A DNA stretch of 64,000 nt from an uncultured archaeon (GTDB lineage Archaea > Thermoproteota > Nitrososphaeria > Nitrososphaerales > Gagatemarchaeaceae). The stretch lies in the NCBI GenBank assembly GCA_963817525.1, contig CAWFOU010000001.1, positions 64,001-128,000 on the forward strand. Direction: 5' to 3'. This document shows positions 38,775-47,659 of this stretch, piece after piece; position 1 is the first letter of the stretch, and every line of letters begins with the position of its first letter. The position numbers and the translations under genes are program-made. The notes beneath the pieces were generated by a model that ran no database searches, was not told the origin of the DNA, and worked only from the letters and a program-made list of their open reading frames with translations.

Positions 38775-39536
38775 ATGCCCACCCTCACTCGGCAGGCCAT
38801 CCGCGGCGCGACAGCCCTCCTCGCAGGCCTGTTCCTGCTCTCATCGTCACTTAACTTCGGGGCGAAGATACCCCTCGGAGTGACGACGCTGAACTTCTCG
38901 GCGCCGAACACGTCCATCGCCGAGTTCGAGGTGGTCATCGGCCTGGTCCTCCTCGCAGCGGCCCTGGTCTCGCGCCTCTATCCGTACGCGGGGGCATACA
39001 TCTTGGCGACCGTGGGGATCGCGGAAGGGCTCCTCTCGCCCGGAGTCCAGGGGTTCGCCCGCAGCCTGCACGAGACCATGGTGCCCGTCGCTATTGCTGG
39101 ATGGGCCCTCATGGCCGTCGAGACCCGCACCGTCTTAAAGTCCAGAGCGGGCCGTTCTGGCAGCGGGCCGAGGCGAGAGCTCGTCACGGCGCTGCAGTTC
39201 TTCGTCGGCGCCCTCGTCACCCTGGGCGGCCTCGGCTACGCGAACACGGCGGCCTATCCCGTCGGGACCACTCTCGGGCTGATACACATCGTGATCGGGC
39301 TCGTAGGCCTTTACGCGGGCTACTCGTTCCTGAAGCGAAGGAAGGGCTCTGCGCGCCTCCTCCTTTGGATAAACGGCGTGACCATTGTTTACAGCGCCTT
39401 CTCGGAGGGTGCCGCGGAGATCTATGCGCTGATGACTCCCGGCATAGGGGACGCGTTGATTGGGACCATCATCGCGATCATCGTGAGCGCGGTCATAATC
39501 TATCTCGTCCTCAGACAAGGCTATCTGGACGCGTGA
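38775..39536 (+). CDS. Multi-pass membrane protein
   Basis: About eight hydrophobic helices. Follows the permease. Confidence 0.75.
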   Translation: MPTLTRQAIRGATALLAGLFLLSSSLNFGAKIPLGVTTLNFSAPNTSIAEFEVVIGLVLLAAALVSRLYPYAGAYILATVGIAEGLLSPGVQGFARSLHETMVPVAIAGWALMAVETRTVLKSRAGRSGSGPRRELVTALQFFVGALVTLGGLGYANTAAYPVGTTLGLIHIVIGLVGLYAGYSFLKRRKGSARLLLWINGVTIVYSAFSEGAAEIYALMTPGIGDALIGTIIAIIVSAVIIYLVLRQGYLDA

Positions 39537-39554
39537 AGGGGCGGGCGCCCCCCC

Positions 39555-39578
39555 GATGTTACCTGTTGAGTAACAACA
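39555..39578. promoter_or_regulatory. TGTTAC-N7-GTAACA operator (copy 3)
   Basis: GATGTTACCTGTTGAGTAACAACA, with the same flanks as copy 1. Confidence 0.7.
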
Positions 39579-39624
39579 GGGCTATCAAACCAGAGTCGGT
39601 CGAGGGGCCTGAGAGGAGCAAAGT

Positions 39625-40083
39625 ATGATCGAGATAGAGAAGAGCAGAGAGATGCATGCGGGCGTCGACCGGGTCTGGGAGCTGCTCTCCGACACGGACA
39701 AGGACGAGGAGTACTGGGGCGCCATCAGAGACATCAAGGTCCTAAAGAGGGAAGGCAACACCATAGAGCGCGAAGCGACAGTGGGGCCCCGCGCTTTCGG
39801 CCACAAGGGCAGGCAGACCATCGTCCTGAACCCGAAGAAGTCCATAGGGCTCACAATGTCGGGGGAGGGGGTGGGAGGAGAACGGACCATCACACTCGTC
39901 CCCAAGGGAGAAAGCAGCACCCGGGTGGACGTGTCTTGGAAGATAGACGTCAGGGACGTGCCAGGATTCGTCCAGGGCATCGTGAAGGGGCAGATATCCA
40001 AGGCCACGGAGGACGCTCTCAAGAAGTTCCAGCAAGAGGCAGAGAGCGCCCCACGCGCCAAGCGTGAAGTGGGCGCCAGATGA
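39625..40083 (+). CDS. SRPBCC/polyketide cyclase-like protein
   Basis: IEKSREMHAGVDRVWELLSD pattern. Confidence 0.8.
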   Translation: MIEIEKSREMHAGVDRVWELLSDTDKDEEYWGAIRDIKVLKREGNTIEREATVGPRAFGHKGRQTIVLNPKKSIGLTMSGEGVGGERTITLVPKGESSTRVDVSWKIDVRDVPGFVQGIVKGQISKATEDALKKFQQEAESAPRAKREVGAR

Positions 40084-40766
40084 GGAGCACGTCCGCTGAG
40101 GCGCTCGCTTCGCGCGCGAAGGAGTCGGACGTCAGGCGCACGGGCTCGCTCTTCGTCTTCGGAGGCTTGTTGTTTCTTCTCCTTACCACGGCCGCCGAGG
40201 CAATCTATCCGAGCTTCAGCCTGCAAGTCAATTCGATGAGCGACCTCGCCGCCACCACCGCAAACACGACCGTGGTGGAGGAGACCGCGATCCTAAGCCT
40301 CTCGCTCTGCTGGATGGTCGGAGGGTACTACCTCTATCGGAACACGGGCCGGCGAGGACTGCTCGTGCTGAACGTTCTGCCGGGCGCGGCATTCCTGCTG
40401 GCCGGGCTGTCGCCCGAGAATGTCAACATCGTGCTTCACTCGATCGGGGCCTTGTTGGGTTTCCCTGTCGGGGCTGTAGCAGCGGTCTTGTCATACCGGG
40501 TAATCAAGACGCCGTTCAAGTTTATCGCGGCTGCCTTGGGGGCACTTAGCCTAGCCGCAACTCTCGTGACCTTCCTCGGGGAGCGGGTGGTAGGACCATG
40601 CGGGACTTGCACCGGCAACACGCCCGCCTACCTACAGAGCCTCCATCAGCTTGTGCTAGGTCTGGGCGGATGGGAGAGCATGATCGTGTACCCTCTGATG
40701 ATCTGGCTGATAGGATTCGGAAGCTATCTTCTCAGCTCGGGAGGGGCGGGAGGCGGAGCGCGATGA
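40080..40766 (+). CDS. DUF998 membrane protein
   Basis: AEAIYPSFS...NSMSDL, LHSIGA, LGLGGWESMIVYP. Confidence 0.75.
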   Translation: MRSTSAEALASRAKESDVRRTGSLFVFGGLLFLLLTTAAEAIYPSFSLQVNSMSDLAATTANTTVVEETAILSLSLCWMVGGYYLYRNTGRRGLLVLNVLPGAAFLLAGLSPENVNIVLHSIGALLGFPVGAVAAVLSYRVIKTPFKFIAAALGALSLAATLVTFLGERVVGPCGTCTGNTPAYLQSLHQLVLGLGGWESMIVYPLMIWLIGFGSYLLSSGGAGGGAR

Positions 40767-40830
40767 ACGCGGGCCACCCCACCCTTCCTTCGCATCAAGC
40801 GGTCTAGCCAAAAAAACCGGGGGGGAGGAC

Positions 40831-41337
40831 CTACTTGAGGTCTACCCTGCGGGGGCTGTCCTTGAGCTTCGAAGCCCTTTTGGGGAGCTTGAGCTCCAGG
40901 ATGCCGTTCTTCATGGTCCCGTCGACCTTCTCGGCGTCGACCTGGTCTGGAAGGCTGAGAAACTGGTAGTAAGAGCGGGAGCTCGCCTGGTACGAGCCGT
41001 CCTTGCCCTTGGTCTTGCGTTCGGTCTTGTCCGCCCTGAGTTCGATGCCGCCGGAGCCCACCTTCACCTGGACTTCGTCCTTCGTGAAGCCGGGTAGCTC
41101 AGCGGTCAAGCTGAAGTGGTCGCCGCGGTCCTGGACGTCGAGGATGGGCTGGCGCGAGCCGGTCTGCCCCGACAGGAATGAGCTGGATGCGCTGGGGATG
41201 TGAGGCTGGAAGAGCTCGTCGAAGGGCTTGAAGAGCTCCTCGAACACGCTTGCAAACCCTTTGTTGGATCTCACTGCGAGACCCGTGCCCTTCTGGCCTG
41301 CCTTGGTCGGTTGGGACTTTGCTTTCTTTTCTGTCAT
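40831..41337 (-). CDS. Small heat-shock protein Hsp20
   Basis: AELPGF, LPDQVDAEKV, MKNGILELKLPK. Confidence 0.92.
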   Translation of the reverse strand: MTEKKAKSQPTKAGQKGTGLAVRSNKGFASVFEELFKPFDELFQPHIPSASSSFLSGQTGSRQPILDVQDRGDHFSLTAELPGFTKDEVQVKVGSGGIELRADKTERKTKGKDGSYQASSRSYYQFLSLPDQVDAEKVDGTMKNGILELKLPKRASKLKDSPRRVDLK

Positions 41338-41355
41338 CTTTGCATTACACCTCTT

Positions 41356-41378
41356 GTATACTACTGCACGTAGTATAC
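41356..41378. promoter_or_regulatory. Inverted repeat upstream of hsp20
   Basis: GTATACTAC-TGCAC-GTAGTATAC. Confidence 0.55.
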
Positions 41379-41410
41379 GTTAATAAACATTGCGGCCGGA
41401 GCTCTCGGTC

Positions 41411-42058
41411 TCACCGTTTTGGCGAGCCCTGGCCGCCGGTCCCCCCTGCTGGGACCTTCCCGGAGGTCAGCCTGTCCATGTACTCACCCGTGATCGAGCC
41501 GGTCCCCGGCTGCGAGAGCTTCTTGTACAGCCTCTCGAAGAAGAAGTAATAGTCCTCGGCGGCGAACCTCTGCCGCATGCCCAGGATAAAGGGCCTGGTC
41601 ATCTCCCAGGCGGTCTTGGTCGCGAACATGTCGTCGACTATCTCTGCCTTCACGAACCCCCTCTCGACGAGGAACCCCAGGGACTCGAAGAGGGAGGCGA
41701 CCTGGTAGAACGCGAGCTGCTTGTCCTCGGGGAGGCTATCGAAGTCCTCCAGAGAGCCGACCTTGGCGCGGAGGACCGTGAACCAAGACTTTTGGACCTC
41801 CATGCTGTCGGCGAACTCGTAGATTCTCATCACCAGGTCCATCGTGGCGAGCTCGCTGTTCTGGAGGAACTGCTTCATCGTGAGACTCGCCTGCTCGGCG
41901 TTGGCGTCGGCCGCTCTCACTTGGGCGGCGAGCATGTCCTTGTCCTGCCGTATCTGGTAGACGACGAAGACCGCCCCGAGGATGATGGCGACGGAGCTGA
42001 GTATCGAGGTGTCTGTGGCGATAGCCCCGACGTTGACCTGGAGCGGTGAAAGGAGCAT
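41411..42058 (-). CDS. DUF4760-like membrane-anchored protein
   Basis: N-terminal TM ending YQIR, FESLGFLVERG, FFERL. Confidence 0.7.
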   Translation of the reverse strand: MLLSPLQVNVGAIATDTSILSSVAIILGAVFVVYQIRQDKDMLAAQVRAADANAEQASLTMKQFLQNSELATMDLVMRIYEFADSMEVQKSWFTVLRAKVGSLEDFDSLPEDKQLAFYQVASLFESLGFLVERGFVKAEIVDDMFATKTAWEMTRPFILGMRQRFAAEDYYFFFERLYKKLSQPGTGSITGEYMDRLTSGKVPAGGTGGQGSPKR

Positions 42059-42132
42059 CGCTTCTCTAGGGAGTTCGGCCCCCCCGATTCCATATAAGCT
42101 CTATCGGAAGGGCCTCCGAGGACTCTCGCTCC

Positions 42133-42672
42133 TCAGGGGGCTCTCTGAGTCGCTGGGGCCGGGTCGTTCCTTCTGTTCCTGATGAACGCGATGAAGGCGG
42201 CGTCGCTCCTCTCCTTGAATCGGGTCGAGACGATCGCCGTGGTCAGGCCTGCAGTCATGGGCTCCAGCGCCCTCAGGACGTCTTCCCTGAGCCCCTGCAA
42301 GTCCTCCTCCAGCACTACGAAGAAGTACTCCGACGACCCGACGGTTGAGTAGGCCGAGACCACCCGCGGCTCCCCTCTGATAAAGTCGTATAGCTTCGTC
42401 TTAGCCTCCCCCAGCTCGGTCTGTGCACCGACGAATGCGTACGCCCCCATGCCGAGCATCGCCCAGTCGATCTCCGCCCCTATCCTCAGGACCCCGTTCT
42501 TTTTCATCGCCTCTGTGTGCTTCGCCACGGTCCTCTTGTCGACGCCTGTCGCCTTCGCAAGCTCGGTATATCCAACACTCCCGTCCTTGGACAGCAGCTC
42601 TAGGATCTTGAGGTCCAGGTCATCCGCCTCAAAGTGCGGCGCTTTTGTCCAGGGAATGCTATTCAATGTCAT
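42133..42672 (-). CDS. Lrp/AsnC family regulator
   Basis: DDLDLKILELLSKDG...TELAKATGV. Confidence 0.85.
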   Translation of the reverse strand: MTLNSIPWTKAPHFEADDLDLKILELLSKDGSVGYTELAKATGVDKRTVAKHTEAMKKNGVLRIGAEIDWAMLGMGAYAFVGAQTELGEAKTKLYDFIRGEPRVVSAYSTVGSSEYFFVVLEEDLQGLREDVLRALEPMTAGLTTAIVSTRFKERSDAAFIAFIRNRRNDPAPATQRAP

Positions 42673-42795
42673 TGTTTTGGATTCTAATGTATCTGAATGA
42701 CAAGAATAATTAAATCTTTGTATAACCGATGCTTGAGGGTGAAGCAGATGTTTACCCTCGGGATTTACGGAATCTGGGGAGGGATGTGAGACCAG

Positions 42796-43074
42796 ATGGC
42801 CGCAAGAACCATTTTCAGGTCGGAGCCGGAGATGCTGAAGGTTGTCATGGAATCTATCCTCTCGGAGGGCGGCCAGGACCTTCGCTGGACTCGGATAATG
42901 TCGGCGTCCAGGACAAATTACAGGCAGATAATGCGCTACAGACGTATCATCGTGGACAATGGAATGATCACTCTCGACGGAGACGCCGTTGAGGTCACCC
43001 CGAAAGGCTTCGAATTCGTCGCCTTGAGCAGGAAGTTCTTCGGGATGCTCAAGAACGAGCAAGTACGCGACTAA
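42796..43074 (+). CDS. Small archaeal winged-helix regulator
   Basis: TRIMSASRTNY...VTPKG. Confidence 0.75.
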   Translation: MAARTIFRSEPEMLKVVMESILSEGGQDLRWTRIMSASRTNYRQIMRYRRIIVDNGMITLDGDAVEVTPKGFEFVALSRKFFGMLKNEQVRD

Positions 43075-43221
43075 GCCGGCTTGCGATTCCGAGCTTTGCT
43101 CGGACCGTCGCCCCGCGGCTCTTCGCCTGCAATCGCCTGATAAGTCTCGCCGAGTTGAGGATGAAGGTTAGCTCGGAGGGCGGCGTTGGCTTAAGAGGTG
43201 GCGGGGAGGAGGGTGAATTTT

Positions 43222-44010
43222 ATGAGCCTCGGAGCGATTGGCCCTTGTCCCGCTGCTTGCGGGTGCACCGAGAGATACTGTGGAAACTGCCATACCCCTT
43301 CTGAATGCGCCAACTGCTCATCTTGTTGCTGCGCTCCGGCACATCGGTCGTGGAGGCGGACGCGAATGGAGGCTGGGATCAGGGTCGAGTACTTCAGCTC
43401 CGCGTGGATGATCGTCGAGGCCTTGGGCTCGATAGGATTTGGTCTGATGGCGGGAAGCTTCGCCCTGTTGGCCTTCGGGGGAGATTCCATCATCGAGCTC
43501 ATCTCAGGTCTTGCGGTATTGACGCATCTGCGAAGGGATACGGCCGGCTCGGAGATTCGAGGCCTAAGAACAGAACGATTCACCGGCGCGCTCCTCTTCG
43601 CTCTGATTCCCGTCATCGGGCTAGGATCGGCCTACTCCTACCTGACGGGATCGAGGCCGGAGGGCTCGCCCCTTGGAATCGCCATCGCGGTTGGCGCGGT
43701 TATCGTGATGCCCTACCTTTACTTCCGGAAGAAGAGGATAGGCGAGGAGACTCGCTCGTCGCCGCTCAAGATTGATGCCATAGAGTCGGTCACTTGCCTC
43801 TTCATGTCGATCGCGCTGCTGGGAGGCTTGCTGGCCGAGTATTTCTTCGGCCTCTGGTGGGCCGACTACTTGGCCACAGCGGTGATACTCGCATTCGTAG
43901 CACGAGAGGCCCTCGAATCATACCACGAACTGCATGAAGACGAGTCGGGAGCGGAGGCAATCAGGGAAGCGCGGGCGCCTCGTGGGACTCAGCCCGCTGA
44001 GAGTACGTAG
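43222..44010 (+). CDS. CDF-like cation transporter TM domain with Cys-rich N-terminus
   Basis: GSFALLAFGGDSIIE, LKIDAIES, GLWWAD. N-terminal CPAACGC...CANCSSCCC. Confidence 0.8.
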   Translation: MSLGAIGPCPAACGCTERYCGNCHTPSECANCSSCCCAPAHRSWRRTRMEAGIRVEYFSSAWMIVEALGSIGFGLMAGSFALLAFGGDSIIELISGLAVLTHLRRDTAGSEIRGLRTERFTGALLFALIPVIGLGSAYSYLTGSRPEGSPLGIAIAVGAVIVMPYLYFRKKRIGEETRSSPLKIDAIESVTCLFMSIALLGGLLAEYFFGLWWADYLATAVILAFVAREALESYHELHEDESGAEAIREARAPRGTQPAEST

Positions 44011-44156
44011 ACCCCGACTGCAGCCCCCTGGCAGAACGCGTCTGTTGGGCCAGACCTGCTGCCGATAGCGAATGGTGTCGCATTCGCATGGACTTTTTGC
44101 GAAGAAACCCTCTAACTAACAACCCGAGTGCATGTCGTAATCGGTTTGGCCACGCG

Positions 44157-44843
44157 CTACCCGTAGAAGTAGATGAACGCCGCAACCAAGACCAAGGCCA
44201 GGGCAACGAGGTAGTCCACATACTGAGGGCTAATCTTGGAAAGCGCTTTCGACAGTCCCATGGTTGCCAAGAAGACAACTATGACTAGAGATGCGACAGC
44301 TGCCGCGATGAAGGCGCCGACCATCACGTAGGTGTACCCGGCCCCGAACCCGTTCGCAACGAGGATGAACGGTACGAGAGCGGGATCCGGTATCACGCTG
44401 ACAACCATCGAGACGCTCTCGGCCTTAGTCCCCTCCTTGGCTTCTCTTGCGGCCTTTACTACGATGTAAACCGCGATGCCCAGCAGGAGAACGACCGCGA
44501 AGAGAGTCACATAGTAAGCGGGAAAGAACAGAGCGCCCACCGCGGCTATGACCAAAGAAAGGGCTGCGGAACTTACGGAGTGGCCCAGCCCAATCGCGAC
44601 GGCGAGTAGGTAGGTTCTGGATCTAGCGAGGTGCTTCTTATGTGAAGTTATGGTAACGGGGAGCCAATGGTCCGGAGCGACCATGTGGAGCGCTGACAGA
44701 GCTATCACAACACCGAGCAAGACTGACGGGGTGGTAGTCAAGTCGATATTGCACAAACTGCCAGCGGTATGCCATTGGCACGAACGGCGCTCCGTCCATT
44801 GGAGCCAGATTCTAATTCCGCTGGAGACCACAGCAACAGCCAT
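44157..44843 (-). CDS. NiCoT/RcnA-like nickel/cobalt transporter (true start may be ~44740-44760)
   Basis: ALHMVAPDHWLP and GLGHSVSS motifs. Confidence 0.7.
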   Translation of the reverse strand: MAVAVVSSGIRIWLQWTERRSCQWHTAGSLCNIDLTTTPSVLLGVVIALSALHMVAPDHWLPVTITSHKKHLARSRTYLLAVAIGLGHSVSSAALSLVIAAVGALFFPAYYVTLFAVVLLLGIAVYIVVKAAREAKEGTKAESVSMVVSVIPDPALVPFILVANGFGAGYTYVMVGAFIAAAVASLVIVVFLATMGLSKALSKISPQYVDYLVALALVLVAAFIYFYG

Positions 44844-44946
44844 GATTGAGAGCCGGATGAGGTCTGTCCTGGAGTTCCGATCCTCGGGCTCACCTGGTTC
44901 TGCCGTCTGCTAGTTAGCCGTTGAGCCTTCGCTTCGAAGAACATCT

Positions 44947-45210
44947 TCATCTTATCTTGGCGACGACCTGCTGAAGCTCCGCCAAGCTTTCGGTCAGGGG
45001 CTCCTTCCGGTCCGCTCTCGCCACGCAGTCTTCGACGAGGTCATCCACGATCACTTGGATCACGCTGTCCAGCGCCGACCTTACCGCGACTATCTGGTGG
45101 ACGATTTCGGAGTACGATCGGCCGTGGTCTAGCATCTCGTTGACCGCGTGGACGTGGCCATTAATCCTAGCTACCCTCCTCGCGACCTCGGCCCTCTTGT
45201 GGGTTGCCAT
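44947..45210 (-). CDS. CsoR/RcnR metal-sensing repressor
   Basis: RVARINGHVHAV...QIVAVRSAL...EDCV. Confidence 0.88.
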   Translation of the reverse strand: MATHKRAEVARRVARINGHVHAVNEMLDHGRSYSEIVHQIVAVRSALDSVIQVIVDDLVEDCVARADRKEPLTESLAELQQVVAKIR

Positions 45211-45215
45211 ATATG

Positions 45216-45236
45216 CCATCCGGGGGGAGGGGATGG
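45216..45236. promoter_or_regulatory. Putative CsoR/RcnR operator
   Basis: CCATCC-GGGGGGAGG-GGATGG, an inverted repeat around a G-tract as is typical for this family. Confidence 0.5.
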
Positions 45237-45365
45237 GTGTATTTTAGCTATCGCCATTTCTCCGACTGGCTCAATCTCGGCGCGGTCTGCGTCCGATGAC
45301 CTCTAAGGTCGTCTTTGCAACGCAGGTTGTTGACGAAGAAATACGAGCAATCTCTGGCCGTCTGG

Positions 45366-46685
45366 TCACAGGCTAGTGTAGATTAGCGCGATGTTGAGCG
45401 CGATTATCGCTCCCCCGACGACGAGCCCGATGATGGCCGTAGCGCGCCTGTTCACATAAGGGCCCATCACCTGCTTCTTGCACGTGTACCAGATCAACGG
45501 GATCATGGGGAGGGGGATGAGGATGCTCAGGAAGACCTGGCTGTAGAAGAGGAGCGCCAGCGGGCTGATCCCCAAGAGTATGCAGAGGGTCGTGGGAAAG
45601 ACGTTGATGCCTCTCGTGATGATCCGCCTCAGGTATGGGTTCACCTTGACTCCGAGCAAGCCGGTCATGACTTCCTGCCCGGCGAGGGTCCCTACGACCG
45701 ACGAGGCGATCCCTGAGAACAGGAGCGTTATTGCGAAGATCACCGCCGCACCGGTGCCGAAGAGCGGGCCCAGGATCTCGTACGCCTGACTGATTTGCTG
45801 GATGTTCGTGTACCCGTGACCGTAGAACGCCGCGGCGCCCACGACCAGTATCGCCACGTTCACGCATCCCGCGATCGCAAGGATCAGGACCGTCTCCCGA
45901 AGGTGGAGCCCGAGGAACTTCCTCTTCGGGCCGTGGTCTTCCGCCTTGATCCCCCACCTTCCGAGCTTGGAGGAGGTGAGCGACGAGTGGAGCCAGAGGA
46001 CATGGGGCATGACAGTGGCGCCGACTATACCGACGACGACGAGCAGGGTGCCGTTGGAGAAGTCCGGCGAAACGGAGCCCAAAGCGAACAGCCTGGGGTT
46101 CGGCCCGACCCTGAGGAGCTCGTAGAGGAAGCCTATGGCTATCACCGAGACGAAGACCATGAAGAAGTACTCTATCACGCGGAAGCGGTTGCTGGTCAGC
46201 GCCAGGAGGATGATCACGTCAAGGGCTCCGAAGATGCTGGCGTAAAGGAGGGGGATGCCGAAGAGTATGTTCAGCGCGATGACGGTCCCCAGATACTCGG
46301 CCAGGTCGGTCGCGGCTATCGCGACCTCGGCCGCCAGCCAGTACGGGATTATTCGCTTCCTGGTCTTCAGCGAGGCCCGGAGCAGCTGCGGGAGGCTCTT
46401 CCCCGTCGCGATGCCAAGCTTTCCAGACATGTACTGGAGGACCATGGCCATCGCGCTGGCCATCCAGACTGCCCAAATCAGGGCGTAGTTGAACTCCGAC
46501 CCCCCGGCGATGTCGGTCCCGAAGTTCCCCGGGTCGATGTAGGCCAGGCTGACTATCAGGGTAGGGCCAAGGTACCCTACAAAGTCGCGGACGGAGATGT
46601 GCGGGTTGTTCTTCTGCTGGTCCGTGACCTCGGGCCTGTCGGTGGTTTCCTGGGGTGCGAGGCTTCTGGCCGGAGGCGAGCTCAT
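45366..46685 (-). CDS. mntH: Nramp divalent metal transporter
   Basis: AYIDPGNFGTD, GATVMPHV, GTLAGQ. Confidence 0.95.
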   Translation of the reverse strand: MSSPPARSLAPQETTDRPEVTDQQKNNPHISVRDFVGYLGPTLIVSLAYIDPGNFGTDIAGGSEFNYALIWAVWMASAMAMVLQYMSGKLGIATGKSLPQLLRASLKTRKRIIPYWLAAEVAIAATDLAEYLGTVIALNILFGIPLLYASIFGALDVIILLALTSNRFRVIEYFFMVFVSVIAIGFLYELLRVGPNPRLFALGSVSPDFSNGTLLVVVGIVGATVMPHVLWLHSSLTSSKLGRWGIKAEDHGPKRKFLGLHLRETVLILAIAGCVNVAILVVGAAAFYGHGYTNIQQISQAYEILGPLFGTGAAVIFAITLLFSGIASSVVGTLAGQEVMTGLLGVKVNPYLRRIITRGINVFPTTLCILLGISPLALLFYSQVFLSILIPLPMIPLIWYTCKKQVMGPYVNRRATAIIGLVVGGAIIALNIALIYTSL

Positions 46686-46721
46686 GGGTCGGTTTGTTTG
46701 GCCAACCACTCTCTATATAAA

Positions 46722-46737
46722 CTTAGACGCCTCTAAG
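46722..46737. promoter_or_regulatory. Putative DtxR/MntR operator
   Basis: CTTAGA-CGCC-TCTAAG next to the mntH TATA box in the divergent intergenic region. Confidence 0.55.
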
Positions 46738-46870
46738 ATTTTTTGAGGCTTCGAAAATTCATCGACCATGCGCATTTTATTCTACTAGTCTAAAATCTGT
46801 GAGCCCGCCCCAGGACCGCGGCCCTCCCAAGCTTTTTATCGCAAGGCAATGGCGACCGTCGTCGAGGACC

Positions 46871-47305
46871 TTGGCGAAGGCCGTTCCCCTGAAGAACGAG
46901 ACACCCAGGCTAGAGGACTACCTCGAGGCGATCTACTCCCTCTTCGAGGAGAAGGGCTACGCGAGCGCGGTGGACATCTCCGACCGCCTCCAGGTGAGGC
47001 CCCCCACTGTCACGAGCATGGTGCAGAAGCTGGCGAAGAAGGGCTACCTGATACACGAGCCCTACAGGGGGATGAGGCTGACCGAGAGCGGCGAGAGGCT
47101 TGCCAGGTCGGTCGTCTCGAGGCACCACGTCATATCAGAATTCCTTGGGATGATCGGGGTGGAGGACAAGGTCGCCTACGAGGACACCGAAGGGATAGAG
47201 CACCACATGCAGCCGGTGACCTTCCGCAAGATAGAGCGCCTAGTGGAGTTCCTGCGGAAGAACCCCGGCCAGCTGAAGGCCATCCGGGAATACGTGGACG
47301 GCTGA
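46871..47305 (+). CDS. mntR: DtxR/MntR metal-dependent repressor
   Basis: EDYLEAIY, PPTVTSMVQKL, EGIEHH. Confidence 0.9.
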   Translation: MAKAVPLKNETPRLEDYLEAIYSLFEEKGYASAVDISDRLQVRPPTVTSMVQKLAKKGYLIHEPYRGMRLTESGERLARSVVSRHHVISEFLGMIGVEDKVAYEDTEGIEHHMQPVTFRKIERLVEFLRKNPGQLKAIREYVDG

Positions 47306-47356
47306 GGCACGCCCGACCAAGGTTTATCTCGGCCTGCCGGTCCGACGGGTGTTGCA

Positions 47357-47632
47357 TTGAGGGTCCTCAAGCTGGAGTACGCGCCCACCGTGATCCTGAT
47401 GCTCGCGGTGGCGCAGATGGCCTCCTTCGCGAACGCCGGGCTCTTCCAGGATAGCTACGCCGTGGCGGGGCTCTTCAGCTTCTGCTCGCTGGTCAGCGGG
47501 GTGGCCGTCTTTTTCTACCTCAGGAACAGGGACGTCACCGCGGCCCGAATAGCCATAGCGACGGGGGTGTTGTTCTTCATCATGCTCTTCGCCATCGGCG
47601 AGTACCTGTTCGCCACCTACATCCCGAGCTGA
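47357..47632 (+). CDS. Small three-TM protein
   Basis: Host-like codon usage, hydrophobic helices. Confidence 0.65.
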   Translation: MRVLKLEYAPTVILMLAVAQMASFANAGLFQDSYAVAGLFSFCSLVSGVAVFFYLRNRDVTAARIAIATGVLFFIMLFAIGEYLFATYIPS

Positions 47633-47659
47633 CGCGGTCGACGCCGGCCGCGGCTTCGC

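Noticed and set aside
42672-43062. N-terminal 130-aa extension of the Lrp ORF (42133-43062)
   Set aside because: Overlaps the divergent wHTH gene and its AT-rich promoter. Lrp homology starts near 42672.
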